Assembly (NCBI GenBank): GCA_945787655.1
Contig: CALZIJ010000001.1
Coordinates: 1,726-65,725 of the forward strand
DNA length: 64,000 nt
Direction: 5' to 3'
Source of the DNA: Nitrospiria bacterium
GTDB lineage: Bacteria > Nitrospirota > Nitrospiria > SBBL01 > JAADHI01
In this document: positions 1 through 9,726 of the stretch, one piece after another
Layout of the letters: each line of letters starts with the position of its first letter
Position numbering within the stretch: the first letter of the stretch is position 1
Notes under the pieces: generated by a model
Seen by the model: only the letters and a program-made list of their open reading frames with translations
Told to the model about the DNA's origin: nothing
The model's database searches: none
Translations under genes and position numbers: made by a program

Positions 1-26
1 AGGTTCAAATCCTCTCGCCCCGACCA
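1..26 (+). tRNA. 3' fragment of a tRNA truncated by the window edge; possibly tRNA-Pro
   Basis: AGGTTCAAATCCTCT (T-arm with the GTTCAAATC loop) is followed by CGCCCCG-A-CCA. The acceptor 3' strand implies a C1:G72 pair with A73, as in tRNA-Pro. The anticodon lies outside the window. Confidence 0.6.
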
Positions 27-64
27 GTTTTATGGCCAATCAAAAAATAAGGACTGGAGGAGAC

Positions 65-337
65 ATGATTGGCGCTGAAATTTTCATCAGTGGCCGGGTC
101 CAAGGGGTTGGTTTTCGGAAATTCACCATGGATTGTGCCAATCACACCCAGCTTTATGGTATTGTAAGAAATTGCCCGGACGGCCGCGTTAATTTAGAAG
201 TGGAAGGCCCAAAGGGGGAAATTGAGTCGTTCATCTCCACTCTGAAAAAAGGACCGCCAGCTTCCAGAGTGGACTCGGTTGAAGTGATCTGGGGGAAAAA
301 CTCAAACCGCTTTAATAATTTTTCAATCACCTATTAG
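65..337 (+). CDS. acyP: acylphosphatase
   Basis: The ISGRVQGVGFRKF motif and ~90-aa size are typical. ATG at 65 is preceded by GGAGGAG. The alternative ATG at 32 lies only 5 nt after the tRNA end. Confidence 0.85.
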   Translation: MIGAEIFISGRVQGVGFRKFTMDCANHTQLYGIVRNCPDGRVNLEVEGPKGEIESFISTLKKGPPASRVDSVEVIWGKNSNRFNNFSITY

Positions 338-365
338 TTTGTTGTCTATAAAACAGGGGTAACTC

Positions 366-1346
366 ATGGGAAACGAGTGGGTCCAAGAACACGAAGATGA
401 AGAAGAGCTGGAAGATGAAACAGAAAGTCTGGACGGGAACCTGCCCGGCCTGGATTCTGCCGAAAGGTCGGAAGAATCGTCAAGCACGCCTTCGGCCTCA
501 GATCAACAGGACCAGCCTGCTGGAGACGCAGTCAAATCCTACCTCAGAAATATTCGCCGATCTACACTCTTGACCTTTGAAGACGAAGTTGCCCTGGCCA
601 AACGAATATTAAAAGGGGACGAATCTGCAAGACAACGCATGATTGAGTCCAACTTGCGCTTGGTCGTCAGCATCGGAAAACGCTACCTCAATCGAGGACT
701 TCCATTCTCGGATATCATCGAAGAGGGCAATATCGGTCTGATTAAAGCCGTTGAAAAATATAATCATGAAAAAGGGTTTCGGTTTTCAACCTATGCCTCC
801 TGGTGGATTCGTCAATCCATCGAACGTGCCATTATTAATCAGGGAAAACTGATTCGCTTGCCGGTTCATGTCGTCGAGCGGGTCAATCACTACCTTGCTC
901 ATCTTGATGATCTGGTCCAGGAACTGGGGCGGGAACCCGAAATTATTGAAATTTCAAAAAAGATGAAAATGAAAGAAAAAGACATCGACAGCATTCAGCG
1001 CCTGATGAGAAAAACCTATTCTCTCGACAGTCCCATTGCGACCGGCAAAACCATTTCCCTCAAAGATGTGATTGAGGACACCAATCAAACTTCTCCTATG
1101 AGCCGGGCAGAAGGGGTGGAACGCAGGGAAGGCTTAACCTGCTGGCTGTCCAAATTGAATCCCAATGAACGGAAAGTCATCGTTTTACGCTTTGGATTAC
1201 AAGGTGATGAGCCGAATACGCTTGAACAAATCGGGAAAGTTTTTGGTTTAACCCGTGAACGTGTCCGGCAAATCGAGGCCGTCGCACTACGAAAACTCAG
1301 AAATATTATCGCAGAAAAAGCCATTCAGTCGGATGAAATCCTGTAA
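366..1346 (+). CDS. RNA polymerase sigma-70 family factor, RpoS/RpoD-like (group 1/2)
   Basis: Region 2 is present ([57 protein letters not shown]). Region 4 is present ([27 protein letters not shown]). An acidic N-terminal tail precedes them. Confidence 0.9.
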   Translation: MGNEWVQEHEDEEELEDETESLDGNLPGLDSAERSEESSSTPSASDQQDQPAGDAVKSYLRNIRRSTLLTFEDEVALAKRILKGDESARQRMIESNLRLVVSIGKRYLNRGLPFSDIIEEGNIGLIKAVEKYNHEKGFRFSTYASWWIRQSIERAIINQGKLIRLPVHVVERVNHYLAHLDDLVQELGREPEIIEISKKMKMKEKDIDSIQRLMRKTYSLDSPIATGKTISLKDVIEDTNQTSPMSRAEGVERREGLTCWLSKLNPNERKVIVLRFGLQGDEPNTLEQIGKVFGLTRERVRQIEAVALRKLRNIIAEKAIQSDEIL

Positions 1347-1379
1347 GCCAAAGTTTAAGACACCAACGGAGTATCATTC

Positions 1380-1895
1380 ATGAACCTCAAAGCCAAAATC
1401 CGTGAAGTCCCTGATTTTCCAAAAGCAGGGATTCTTTTTTACGATATTACAACGCTCCTGTCTGACCCTGCCGCTTCCCGGTATGTCATTGATCAACTGT
1501 CTTCACCCTATCTAAAGGAAGGCATCGACAAGGTCATCGGGATTGAATCACGTGGATTTATTTTTGGTGCCCCCATTGCCGAAAGACTGAATGCCGGTTT
1601 TGTCCCGGTCCGAAAACCAGGGAAATTACCCGCAGAGCGCATTGAGGAACAGTATGATCTGGAATATGGACAGGATGCGCTTTGTATCCACAAAGATGCC
1701 GTATCGCCAGGCGAGCGGGTCTTGATTGTGGATGACCTGCTGGCCACGGGTGGCACATTGGCCGCCACCGCCAAGCTCATCCAGCGCCTGGAAGGTCAAA
1801 TTATTGAAATGGCCTGTGTTATTGAGCTGTTGGGGCTTAATGGCCGAAAGAAGTTAAATGGGCATCGTGTCTTTTCACTACTGACTTATGATTAA
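1380..1895 (+). CDS. apt: adenine phosphoribosyltransferase
   Basis: It has the DFPKAGILFYDIT motif and the PRPP loop VLIVDDLLATGGT. Length is 171 aa. Confidence 0.92.
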   Translation: MNLKAKIREVPDFPKAGILFYDITTLLSDPAASRYVIDQLSSPYLKEGIDKVIGIESRGFIFGAPIAERLNAGFVPVRKPGKLPAERIEEQYDLEYGQDALCIHKDAVSPGERVLIVDDLLATGGTLAATAKLIQRLEGQIIEMACVIELLGLNGRKKLNGHRVFSLLTYD

Positions 1896-1943
1896 TCATT
1901 AAGAATGGATTTCAATAAAAAACGATTTTTTTAGGATAAAAAC

Positions 1944-2171
1944 ATGCAAAAAACAACACTCAATATCGAGGGCATGACCTGCGATCACTGTGTTGGATCG
2001 GTCACCCGTACCCTGGAAGGGTTCGATGACGTTTCGGACATCTTGGTGAGCCTTTCTGAAAACACCGCCCAATTTGCTTTTGAACCCGAAAAAACGTCCC
2101 TTTCAGACATTTCGAAAGCCATTGAAGAAGAGGGGTGTGTCGTCAAAGGCGCTGTTGACGAATCAAGTTGA
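1944..2171 (+). CDS. copZ: heavy-metal-associated (HMA) domain copper chaperone, CopZ-like
   Basis: It has the GMTCDHC metal-binding motif and the 75-aa size expected of a ferredoxin-like HMA domain. Confidence 0.8.
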   Translation: MQKTTLNIEGMTCDHCVGSVTRTLEGFDDVSDILVSLSENTAQFAFEPEKTSLSDISKAIEEEGCVVKGAVDESS

Positions 2172-2497
2172 AACCGTCTTTCCAAGTTTTTTATGAACAC
2201 ACTCTCTACTTTAGATGACAGCCGCCCCGTTTTTCCCTTGCGGTAATCAATCTTTACAATCGTTGAAATCCGGTCACAATCTGTTCGCATCCGATCCAAA
2301 CAAGCTTTTACAACACCCATCACGTCCTCCCAGGGACCTTCGATCACTGTGCCCATCGGATTAAGGCGATACGGGAGACCGCTCTGATCAATAATTTCCA
2401 AGGAGCGTGAAACATATTCACTGACACTTTCGCCCTGGGTTAAGGGGGACATCGAAAATTCCAACAAGATGGTCACATCATCATCGTTTTGCGGCAT
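1985..2497 (-). CDS. MTH1187/YkoF-like (DUF77, UPF0045) protein with an atypical C-terminal extension
   Basis: The core runs from EFSMSPL to PYRLNPMGTVIEGPWEDVM and on to KIDYRKG and SKVESV. ATG at 2497 is preceded by GGAGAAGG. No stop follows the usual family end, so the ORF continues antisense into copZ. Confidence 0.65.
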   Translation of the reverse strand: MPQNDDDVTILLEFSMSPLTQGESVSEYVSRSLEIIDQSGLPYRLNPMGTVIEGPWEDVMGVVKACLDRMRTDCDRISTIVKIDYRKGKTGRLSSKVESVFIKNLERRFQLDSSTAPLTTHPSSSMAFEMSERDVFSGSKANWAVFSERLTKMSETSSNPSRVRVTDPTQ

Positions 2498-2510
2498 ACC
2501 TTCTCCATAC

Positions 2511-3599
2511 TTAAGCTGTTTTTTGATAAAAAGGAAGCGAGACCACTTTTCCCAAAACCTCCGTCTCATCATCCACTTTCACCCGGATCTCTGTTCCAGG
2601 ATTTGCCAATTCCCGCCGGACATAGCCCATGGCAACCACCTTTCCGATGAACGGGGAGTGGCCCGCACTCGTCACCCATCCGACTTTTTTATCGCCCTGA
2701 AACACCTCACTACCGTTTACCGGGACCACTTTTCCTTCAAGCGCCAGTCCGGAAAGCAGTCGATTCACATGCCCGTATGTTTTAATCCGGGCCACGACCT
2801 CCTGACCGGGGAAACACCCCTTGCTGTAACTAATGACTTCATCCTGAATACCTGCTTCAACCGGAATCACTTCTTCATTCAGTTCCATCCCGTACCGGGG
2901 TTTACCTGCTTCGATACGGAGTATTTCCAATGCATCATATCCGAGAGGATGCAGATGTAATGCTTTCCCTTCGGAAAAAAATTGCTGCCAGAGATGCCCC
3001 ATTTTTTCAGTCGGATAGTAAAGGTGAAAGTCCGTCTCCCCCGTGACCGTCCGCTTGATACAGATGAACCTTTCACCATCCACTTCTTTTTCAAAAAAGG
3101 ACTGTTCAGACATGTCGGGAAGCGGAAGGCCAAGTGTTTTTTCTATCAGTGATGCAGACGAAGGCCCGGCGATCAACAGTTTTCCCCAAGAGGGAACACT
3201 GATTTCCACCTTTGAACGCAAGCGAAACCGCATCAGGTGGTCCTTTGTTTTTTCCGCATTTCCCCTCTCAACCTCCATCAAATACCCTTCCGGCAGAGGG
3301 AAAAGATAAAAATCAGAAACTGTTTTGCCTTTCGCTGTCAGTAAAGTGGCATAAATCCCTTTTTCATTCGTGGCAGACAGAAGATCATTGCTGATCAATC
3401 CCTGTAAAAATGTTTGGGCATCCGGGCCTGAAATAATGAATTTTCCCTGATAAGAAAGATCGGACAGTGCGGCATGTTCCCGAACCGCTTGGTACTCTTT
3501 CAGAGGATCACCATAGTTTTTGGGGATTTCTATATCCAATTCCTTGAAAAATTGAGCCCCTTGGGCCTGATGAAGGTCATGCCAACGCAGTTGTTCCAT
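2511..3599 (-). CDS. glycine-cleavage T-protein family folate-binding protein (GcvT/YgfZ-like aminomethyltransferase fold)
   Basis: It contains DLSYQGKFIISGPDAQTFLQGLISND, RIEAGKPRYGMEL and CFPGQEV. Start chosen is ATG 3599 (MEQL) with an AAGGA upstream. The ORF is open up to GTG 3641. Confidence 0.75.
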   Translation of the reverse strand: MEQLRWHDLHQAQGAQFFKELDIEIPKNYGDPLKEYQAVREHAALSDLSYQGKFIISGPDAQTFLQGLISNDLLSATNEKGIYATLLTAKGKTVSDFYLFPLPEGYLMEVERGNAEKTKDHLMRFRLRSKVEISVPSWGKLLIAGPSSASLIEKTLGLPLPDMSEQSFFEKEVDGERFICIKRTVTGETDFHLYYPTEKMGHLWQQFFSEGKALHLHPLGYDALEILRIEAGKPRYGMELNEEVIPVEAGIQDEVISYSKGCFPGQEVVARIKTYGHVNRLLSGLALEGKVVPVNGSEVFQGDKKVGWVTSAGHSPFIGKVVAMGYVRRELANPGTEIRVKVDDETEVLGKVVSLPFYQKTA

Positions 3600-3862
3600 A
3601 TCATCCATCCTTGTCATAAAATCCGGGTTTATCTTACACACCTTTTTTACAGGTGGTCAACGGAAACGATTTCAATCCGCCCCGTCGGGTGTTTCCTCGC
3701 GAAAACCTGTACGGCCTTTTAAGTCATCCTTTAACGACAAGCGCTCCCGACCCTTGTGCTTTAAGCACTATTTCGGCACTTCAAAACGAAAATACGACAT
3801 TGTTCGCCTTTTCGCCCCGACACGCTATTAACCGGCTCTTTTTTATTTCAAAAACACTCCGC

Positions 3863-4660
3863 TTATTCATGCCCTTCGTAGGCGTGCGGCGGCCGCCAAG
3901 GGAAGGCCCCCATGGCAACATCCATCATAACTCGCCAAGCGTTCAAATGCAGCCACTGGTCATACATGGCCCAGTCCTTGTATTTTGGAAGCTTCACGGA
4001 TGTTGGAACCTCAGTAAAAGAGGTCCCCTTTTTGAATTCCGCAAAGATGGCGGCTTCCAAATCGTTGATGTAGGCCAGAGTGTCGGTCACGTCTTTCTTG
4101 CTTCCCGTCGGCTTGCCGCTGGCATTATGAGAATAGACGGCCAGATCAAAATCCATTTTTTCGATCTGAGTTAACGAGCGTTTCCACTCCTTGAGATTAA
4201 AATCCGGAACGATTGCAAAAAGCAGACGTTTCGGAGCGACCAGGTCGGCCACATAGACGATCTTTTCCTTGGGCAGACGGAAGACCGTCATGCCCAGGCC
4301 ATGATTCATGCCCATGTAATGCAGCTCCAGGGTCGTGCCGCCGAGGTGGATGTCCTTACGCATGCCCGCCCAACTTTCATCCGGCAGCGCCAGATCATCA
4401 TGCGGGTTGTCCTTCATCCATTCGTAAGCCTCGACATGGGCCACAATCGTGGCACCGGCGTCCCGAAAAACCTGCCCTCCATTGGCGTGATCCCAATGAT
4501 TGTGGCTGATCAGCAGAAAACGAATCGGCTTGTCCGTCACGCCGCGAATCGCCTTGAGCATCCCTTTCGAATGCTTCGAGTTAACCGGCTCGATTGCGAT
4601 AACGCCATCTTCTGTCACAACAAACATGGAAAGATACATCCCCGCATCATACACATACAC
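3863..4660 (-). CDS. MBL-fold metallo-hydrolase; upstream in-frame signal peptide separated by a TAG (possible pseudogene or sequencing error)
   Basis: It has the HNHWDHANGG (HxHxDH) zinc motif. ATG 4762 through TAG 4708-4706 encodes MKKMIVVGVFLALVPFSA in the same frame. Confidence 0.8.
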   Translation of the reverse strand: MYVYDAGMYLSMFVVTEDGVIAIEPVNSKHSKGMLKAIRGVTDKPIRFLLISHNHWDHANGGQVFRDAGATIVAHVEAYEWMKDNPHDDLALPDESWAGMRKDIHLGGTTLELHYMGMNHGLGMTVFRLPKEKIVYVADLVAPKRLLFAIVPDFNLKEWKRSLTQIEKMDFDLAVYSHNASGKPTGSKKDVTDTLAYINDLEAAIFAEFKKGTSFTEVPTSVKLPKYKDWAMYDQWLHLNAWRVMMDVAMGAFPWRPPHAYEGHE

Positions 4661-5178
4661 ATTCTCAGCAATCTTGACGGTTTTGGCCTGGTTCTCCTCT
4701 TGAGCCTAGGCAGAGAATGGAACCAGTGCAAGAAAAACCCCGACGACAATCATTTTTTTCATTATTCTCCCTTTCAGCTCATGATTGATACAATTGAAAA
4801 ACAAGACGTATTTATCCGCCTGTCCGCCCATTGAATGAAACAAAGAATGTTTTGGTCTTCCCGGAACACTGGCTTATCCTTTTCCATCCTTCTGCCCTTT
4901 TCGTAGCAGCACAAAGCTTTTTAACGCGCTCTGGAAGCGTCTCAGTGTTTCTTTCGGTTTTAAAATAAATCCCTCGGATTGATGCATCCATCGCAAAAAA
5001 TAAGACGCACCCACTTTCCTGCCCGGGTTTATGGTTGCAATATATTTAAAATAACATCACCAATGTCAACATTTCACCCATACCCGGTCTTTTTTTTGCG
5101 CATATGACTAACAACAGGAAACCCCATATTATATTTTAAGACCGGGGAAGCGCTTCTGATCTATTTTAAAACGGCTTT

Positions 5179-5649
5179 ATGTCCAGGTATCACAAGTACT
5201 GTATTTTGCATTTTTTTCTTTTTTTTTATATGCTCCCGTGTAATTTTGATCCAAAATGGAGGTTTTTGAAGGTGCAGTACTACATTTTATTTAATTCACT
5301 GCTCGTCATCGCCAGTTGTTTTTTAAGCTGGATTGAGCCCAAATTATTTGTCATTGCGATGCGCGGCATCCAGATGGTTGACGGTCAGATTGTATTCGTA
5401 CTCGGCTTCATCAGCTTTGTCACGATTTGTTACGAACTGCTTCGCAGAAAGGAGCAACTCTACTGGGTTTACGGTTTGACCGGGTTTATCATCTCCATTA
5501 TTGCCGGCATGGAATTCTACAGCTTCTATCAGAATCAATATTCTGGAGGCGCAGGAATCTTCCTTGCGACGCTGGGGGGAATTCAACTGACCGGGTCATA
5601 TATTGTTGTCCTTCTTCAAAAAGGGAAACCGGGCGCTTCAGCCCCTTAA
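5179..5649 (+). CDS. hypothetical multi-pass membrane protein
   Basis: Four or five hydrophobic segments are visible. I recognise no motif, and the start codon is uncertain. Confidence 0.4.
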   Translation: MSRYHKYCILHFFLFFYMLPCNFDPKWRFLKVQYYILFNSLLVIASCFLSWIEPKLFVIAMRGIQMVDGQIVFVLGFISFVTICYELLRRKEQLYWVYGLTGFIISIIAGMEFYSFYQNQYSGGAGIFLATLGGIQLTGSYIVVLLQKGKPGASAP

Positions 5650-5791
5650 ATTTTTTAATGCGGGACATCCACCTTGTTTTATTTCTCAATCATGTTTATC
5701 TGTATAGAAACACCCAGGGATCAACGCCCCGGATCGTGTACGTATTTTTTCCAAATTTGGAAAAACCGTTCCCCGGCCCGTCCATATCAAC

Positions 5792-5825
5792 CATGAGATT
5801 TCTATCTGCATGAGATTTTTATCTG
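5792..5825 (+). repeat. tandem 17-nt direct repeat in the hslV leader
   Basis: CATGAGATTTCTATCTG (5792-5808) is followed immediately by CATGAGATTTTTATCTG (5809-5825), matching at 16 of 17 positions. The repeat ends 10 nt before the hslV ATG. Confidence 0.8.
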
Positions 5826-5835
5826 AAGGAGAGGT

Positions 5836-6363
5836 ATGATTCGTTCTACAACCATTATTTCTGTACGCCAGAATGGTCAAGTCGCCATGGCGGGGGACGG
5901 ACAGGTCACCCTGGGCGCAACCGTCTTAAAACACAATACCCGTAAAGTCCGCAAGATTTACAACAATAAAATTTTAACGGGTTTTGCCGGCGCTACGGCA
6001 GACGCTTTTACCCTTTTTGAAAAGTTTGAAGCCAAACTCGAACAATACAACGGCAACCTGACCCGCGCGGCCGTCGAACTTGCAAAGGATTGGCGCACCG
6101 ATCGTATTCTCCGCCGTTTGGAAGCGCTGCTTGCCGTCGCGGATAAAGACCATTCCCTAATTATTTCCGGGACCGGGGATGTGATAGAACCCGAAAACGG
6201 CATTGTAGCGATTGGTTCCGGCGGACCCTTTGCCCAGGCAGCAGCCACCGCACTGAAAACCCATTCCACGCTCGATGCACGCGGCATTGTAACGGAATCC
6301 ATGAAAATTGCGGCAGATATCTGCATTTACACCAACAGCGAGATTATTATTGAGGAAATTTAA
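5836..6363 (+). CDS. hslV: ATP-dependent protease subunit HslV
   Basis: The N-terminal TTIISVR supplies the catalytic Thr after Met removal. GDGQVTLG and GSGGPFA motifs are present. Confidence 0.95.
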   Translation: MIRSTTIISVRQNGQVAMAGDGQVTLGATVLKHNTRKVRKIYNNKILTGFAGATADAFTLFEKFEAKLEQYNGNLTRAAVELAKDWRTDRILRRLEALLAVADKDHSLIISGTGDVIEPENGIVAIGSGGPFAQAAATALKTHSTLDARGIVTESMKIAADICIYTNSEIIIEEI

Positions 6364-6480
6364 CAGGGCCGGCACGGAAACAGCGGCCTTGCCAAAAGCA
6401 GACGGAGCGTTCCCTTTTTGCAGCGTTGTCGTGTAGTATATGCGGCATCGGTATCTAAATAGTCTGGGAGAAATCAAAGT

Positions 6481-7863
6481 ATGACCGAAATTGAAGATTA
6501 CGGAAACCTGATTCCACGGCGCATTGTCGAGGAGCTGGACAAATACATCGTCGGCCAAAAAGAGGCCAAGCGCATGGTCGCGATTGCCTTGAGAAACCGC
6601 TGGAGAAGACAACGCCTTCCGGAAGAGTTAAAAGACGAGGTCCTCCCCAAAAACATCATCATGATGGGACCGACAGGCGTTGGGAAAACGGAAATATCAC
6701 GGCGGCTGGCCAAACTTTCAGGTGCGCCTTTTATTAAAGTCGAGGCCTCAAAATTTACTGAAGTGGGTTATGTCGGCCGGGATGTTGAATCCATGATTCG
6801 GGATTTGGTTGAGCTTTCCGTCAACATGGTGAAAGCCCAGCATAATGTCACTGTACAGGAAAAAGCTTCGAAACTCGCTGAAGACCGGCTGCTGGATCTC
6901 TTGCTCCCCCCACCCGCGAGAAATACACCCACGGGAGTGTACAGCGACTCAAAAGAAACCACACCGCCTCCCACCGATTCATATGAGAAAAGCCGGGAAA
7001 AACTCAGACAACAACTCAAGGATGGCAAGCTCGATAAACGCATGGTCGAACTGGATGTTCCGGATAAATCAACTCCGCCTATCGGTGTAATTTCAAACAT
7101 CGGCATGGAAGATCTCGAAATGAACCTCCGAGACATGTTGGGTAATATGATGCCCGGAAAAAAGAAAAAACGACGGGTCAAAATTCCGGAAGCCTTGGCC
7201 CTGCTCAATCAGGAAGAAGCCGCCAAATTGATCGATATGGATGAAGTGGTGCATGATGCGGTCAAACGTGTAGAAAATTCAGGCATCGTTTTCCTGGACG
7301 AAGTGGACAAGATTGCCAGCCGTGAAAAGGGACAAGGCCCTGATGTCTCAAGAGAAGGCGTGCAGCGGGATTTACTCCCTATCGTCGAAGGGTCAACCAT
7401 CAATACAAAGTACGGCATGGTGAAAACCGACCACATTCTGTTTATCGCTGCGGGCGCCTTTCATACGGCAAAACCGTCAGACCTGATTCCTGAATTACAA
7501 GGCCGTTTTCCCATCCGGGTTGAATTGAACTCGCTTGGAAAAGAAGAATTTATCCGCATCTTGACCGAACCGAAAAATTCACTCAAAAAACAATATGTCG
7601 GCCTGCTCAACACTGAAGGGGTCGATTTGATTTTTACGGATGACGCCATAGAAGCCATTGCGGAGACCGCGGTTCAGGTCAATGAACGGGATGAAAATAT
7701 CGGCGCACGGCGGCTCTTTACCATCCTGGAACGCCTGCTCGATAAAGTCTCATTCGACGCACCCGAGCTCGAAAATAAAAAAGTCGTCGTCGATGCCAAA
7801 TATGTTGAAGACCGCATGGACAAAGTCGCCCAAGACAGTGACCTCTCCCGCTATATTTTATAA
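6481..7863 (+). CDS. hslU: ATP-dependent protease ATPase subunit HslU
   Basis: It has [20 protein letters not shown], the Walker [21 protein letters not shown], and the C-terminal YIL. Confidence 0.95.
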   Translation: MTEIEDYGNLIPRRIVEELDKYIVGQKEAKRMVAIALRNRWRRQRLPEELKDEVLPKNIIMMGPTGVGKTEISRRLAKLSGAPFIKVEASKFTEVGYVGRDVESMIRDLVELSVNMVKAQHNVTVQEKASKLAEDRLLDLLLPPPARNTPTGVYSDSKETTPPPTDSYEKSREKLRQQLKDGKLDKRMVELDVPDKSTPPIGVISNIGMEDLEMNLRDMLGNMMPGKKKKRRVKIPEALALLNQEEAAKLIDMDEVVHDAVKRVENSGIVFLDEVDKIASREKGQGPDVSREGVQRDLLPIVEGSTINTKYGMVKTDHILFIAAGAFHTAKPSDLIPELQGRFPIRVELNSLGKEEFIRILTEPKNSLKKQYVGLLNTEGVDLIFTDDAIEAIAETAVQVNERDENIGARRLFTILERLLDKVSFDAPELENKKVVVDAKYVEDRMDKVAQDSDLSRYIL

Positions 7864-7884
7864 ACATATTCGAGAGATAAAACC

Positions 7885-8745
7885 GTGACCAAAGCAGACT
7901 TGCTCAGCAATAAAGCCGAAATTCTTATTGAGGCCCTGCCTTATATTCAGGCCTTTCATGGCAAGACCATCGTCATAAAGTACGGCGGGGCCGCGATGAT
8001 TGACCCGGCCCTTAAACGTCAGTTTGCCGAAGATGTGGTCCTGATGAAGTACGTGGGTATGCATCCCGTTATTGTGCACGGCGGCGGTCCCCAAATTTCC
8101 GGCATGATGAAACGGCTTGGCATGGAGCCGCAATTTGTTGAGGGCGTTCGGGTGACCGACCCTGAAACCATGTCCATTGTGGAAATGGTGCTGGCCGGGA
8201 CGATCAACAAGGAGATTATCACCCTCATCCACCAGATGGGCGGCAAAGGCGTCGGGCTGACCGGCAAAGACGGTCGGCTGATCAAAGCCAAGCGGCTCAG
8301 TGACGAAAAAGAATCCAAAAATCACGTCGGCGAAGTCGCTTCAGTAGATCCGGAAATTTTAAAAACGCTGGATGAAGGTCAGTTTATCCCGGTCATCTCT
8401 CCCATCGGGGCAGATGAAACCGGAAAAACCTACAATATCAATGCGGACTTGGTCGCAGGCAGTTTGGCTGCGGCACTTTCAGCTGAAAAGCTACTGGTAT
8501 TAACGGATGTCCCCGGTATTTTAGATCAAACCGGTAGCCTCATTCCCACCCTGTCCCAAAAAAAAGTCGAGCAGCTGATGAGTGACGGGGTCATCCACGG
8601 AGGCATGATGCCCAAGATCAAGGCCGCGCTTTCCGCCGTGGAAAACGGCGTTCACAAATCCCACATCATAGACGGCCGGGTTCCTCATGCCTTGCTTCTT
8701 GAAGTTTTTACTGATCAAGGGGTGGGGACAGAAATCGTGGCTTAA
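7885..8745 (+). CDS. argB: acetylglutamate kinase
   Basis: Motifs are [18 protein letters not shown] and INADLVAG. The start codon is GTG. Confidence 0.92.
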   Translation: MTKADLLSNKAEILIEALPYIQAFHGKTIVIKYGGAAMIDPALKRQFAEDVVLMKYVGMHPVIVHGGGPQISGMMKRLGMEPQFVEGVRVTDPETMSIVEMVLAGTINKEIITLIHQMGGKGVGLTGKDGRLIKAKRLSDEKESKNHVGEVASVDPEILKTLDEGQFIPVISPIGADETGKTYNINADLVAGSLAAALSAEKLLVLTDVPGILDQTGSLIPTLSQKKVEQLMSDGVIHGGMMPKIKAALSAVENGVHKSHIIDGRVPHALLLEVFTDQGVGTEIVA

Positions 8746-8760
8746 AACGGATAAGTTGAT

Positions 8761-9579
8761 TTACGGGGATTTGGCGCATCGAAATCCAAGATCAGAAAAA
8801 GCTTGCTCCGGCGCAATCGATGATCGGTAAGCACCCCGGTAAAACAGTGGCAGGACATAGTGGCCAACACGCCCGCCTCCCCCGCCTTTAAAAACCTTTT
8901 GCTTTTGCCCGAATAATTCTGTTTCAAAGGTGGCGTTGGGGTAAGGCCTGTACCAATCACTTGTCCATTCCCAGACATTTCCCGCCATATCCATGACACC
9001 GTAAGGACTCATACTTTCAATAAATGATCCCACCGGCGCAATCTCTCCGGCATTGGGATCATTCGCTGCATTCTTTTTAATTTTTTCAAAATCATCACCC
9101 CAGGGAAATTCCCGGCCATCCGGGCCGCGGGCCGCTTTTTCCCACTCGGCTTCCGTTGGCAGCCGTTTTTCGGCCCACTGACAGTAGCGATCGGCTTCAT
9201 ACCAATTAATATTGGAAACCGGGTAGTTTTCAGCCCCTGGCGGCACGGAACCATTTTTAAAATAGGGCGGGGGACGCCAGTCCGTTGCATCAATAAACAC
9301 CTTGTATTCCGCATTGGTCACTTCATACTGGTCAATATAAAAAAAAGGCAAGTTTATTTCATGTTGGGGATATTCATCCTTGTACCATGGCTTCTTGCTG
9401 CCCAGCTCCTTGGCCTGCTGAAATGCATCAATTTTATTACTGCCGCGAATAAAACGACCGGCGGGAACCGGCACCATGCCGCGGGGCGGAGAGACCGTCG
9501 AGGCCATGACTGAACCGTTGGACAGGGAAAGGGCAATCACGAGGAAATGAATGCACAAACCGGAAATGGGCAGTTGCAT
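8761..9579 (-). CDS. periplasmic formylglycine-generating-enzyme (FGE/SUMF1) domain protein, paralog 2
   Basis: A signal peptide is followed by MVPVPAGRFIRGS, YEVTNAEY, RLPTEAEWEKAARG, GNVWEWTSDWY and GFRC. Confidence 0.85.
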   Translation of the reverse strand: MQLPISGLCIHFLVIALSLSNGSVMASTVSPPRGMVPVPAGRFIRGSNKIDAFQQAKELGSKKPWYKDEYPQHEINLPFFYIDQYEVTNAEYKVFIDATDWRPPPYFKNGSVPPGAENYPVSNINWYEADRYCQWAEKRLPTEAEWEKAARGPDGREFPWGDDFEKIKKNAANDPNAGEIAPVGSFIESMSPYGVMDMAGNVWEWTSDWYRPYPNATFETELFGQKQKVFKGGGGGRVGHYVLPLFYRGAYRSSIAPEQAFSDLGFRCAKSP

Positions 9580-9726
9580 AATGGGTGTAATGTAAGGAGA
9601 AGGGGAAAATCCGTCAAGCTAAAAAGCAGATCACATAAACTATTTACTGTAAATATTAATTATACTACTTAAAAAGACCTTGAAATTGCTTAAGTTTGGA
9701 AATTTTCCGACAAAAACCTTAAAAAA

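Noticed and set aside
3642-3862. Possible glycine riboswitch upstream of the GcvT-family gene (minus strand)
   Set aside because: I reverse-complemented the region and looked for the GGAGAG, ACCGAAGGGGCAA and CUCAGGCAAAAGGAC cores. Only loose resemblances appear (GGGAGCG, CACCCGACGGGGCGG), and they are in the wrong order and context. The downstream protein also looks more YgfZ-like than a true GcvT. A cmsearch with RF00504 would settle it.
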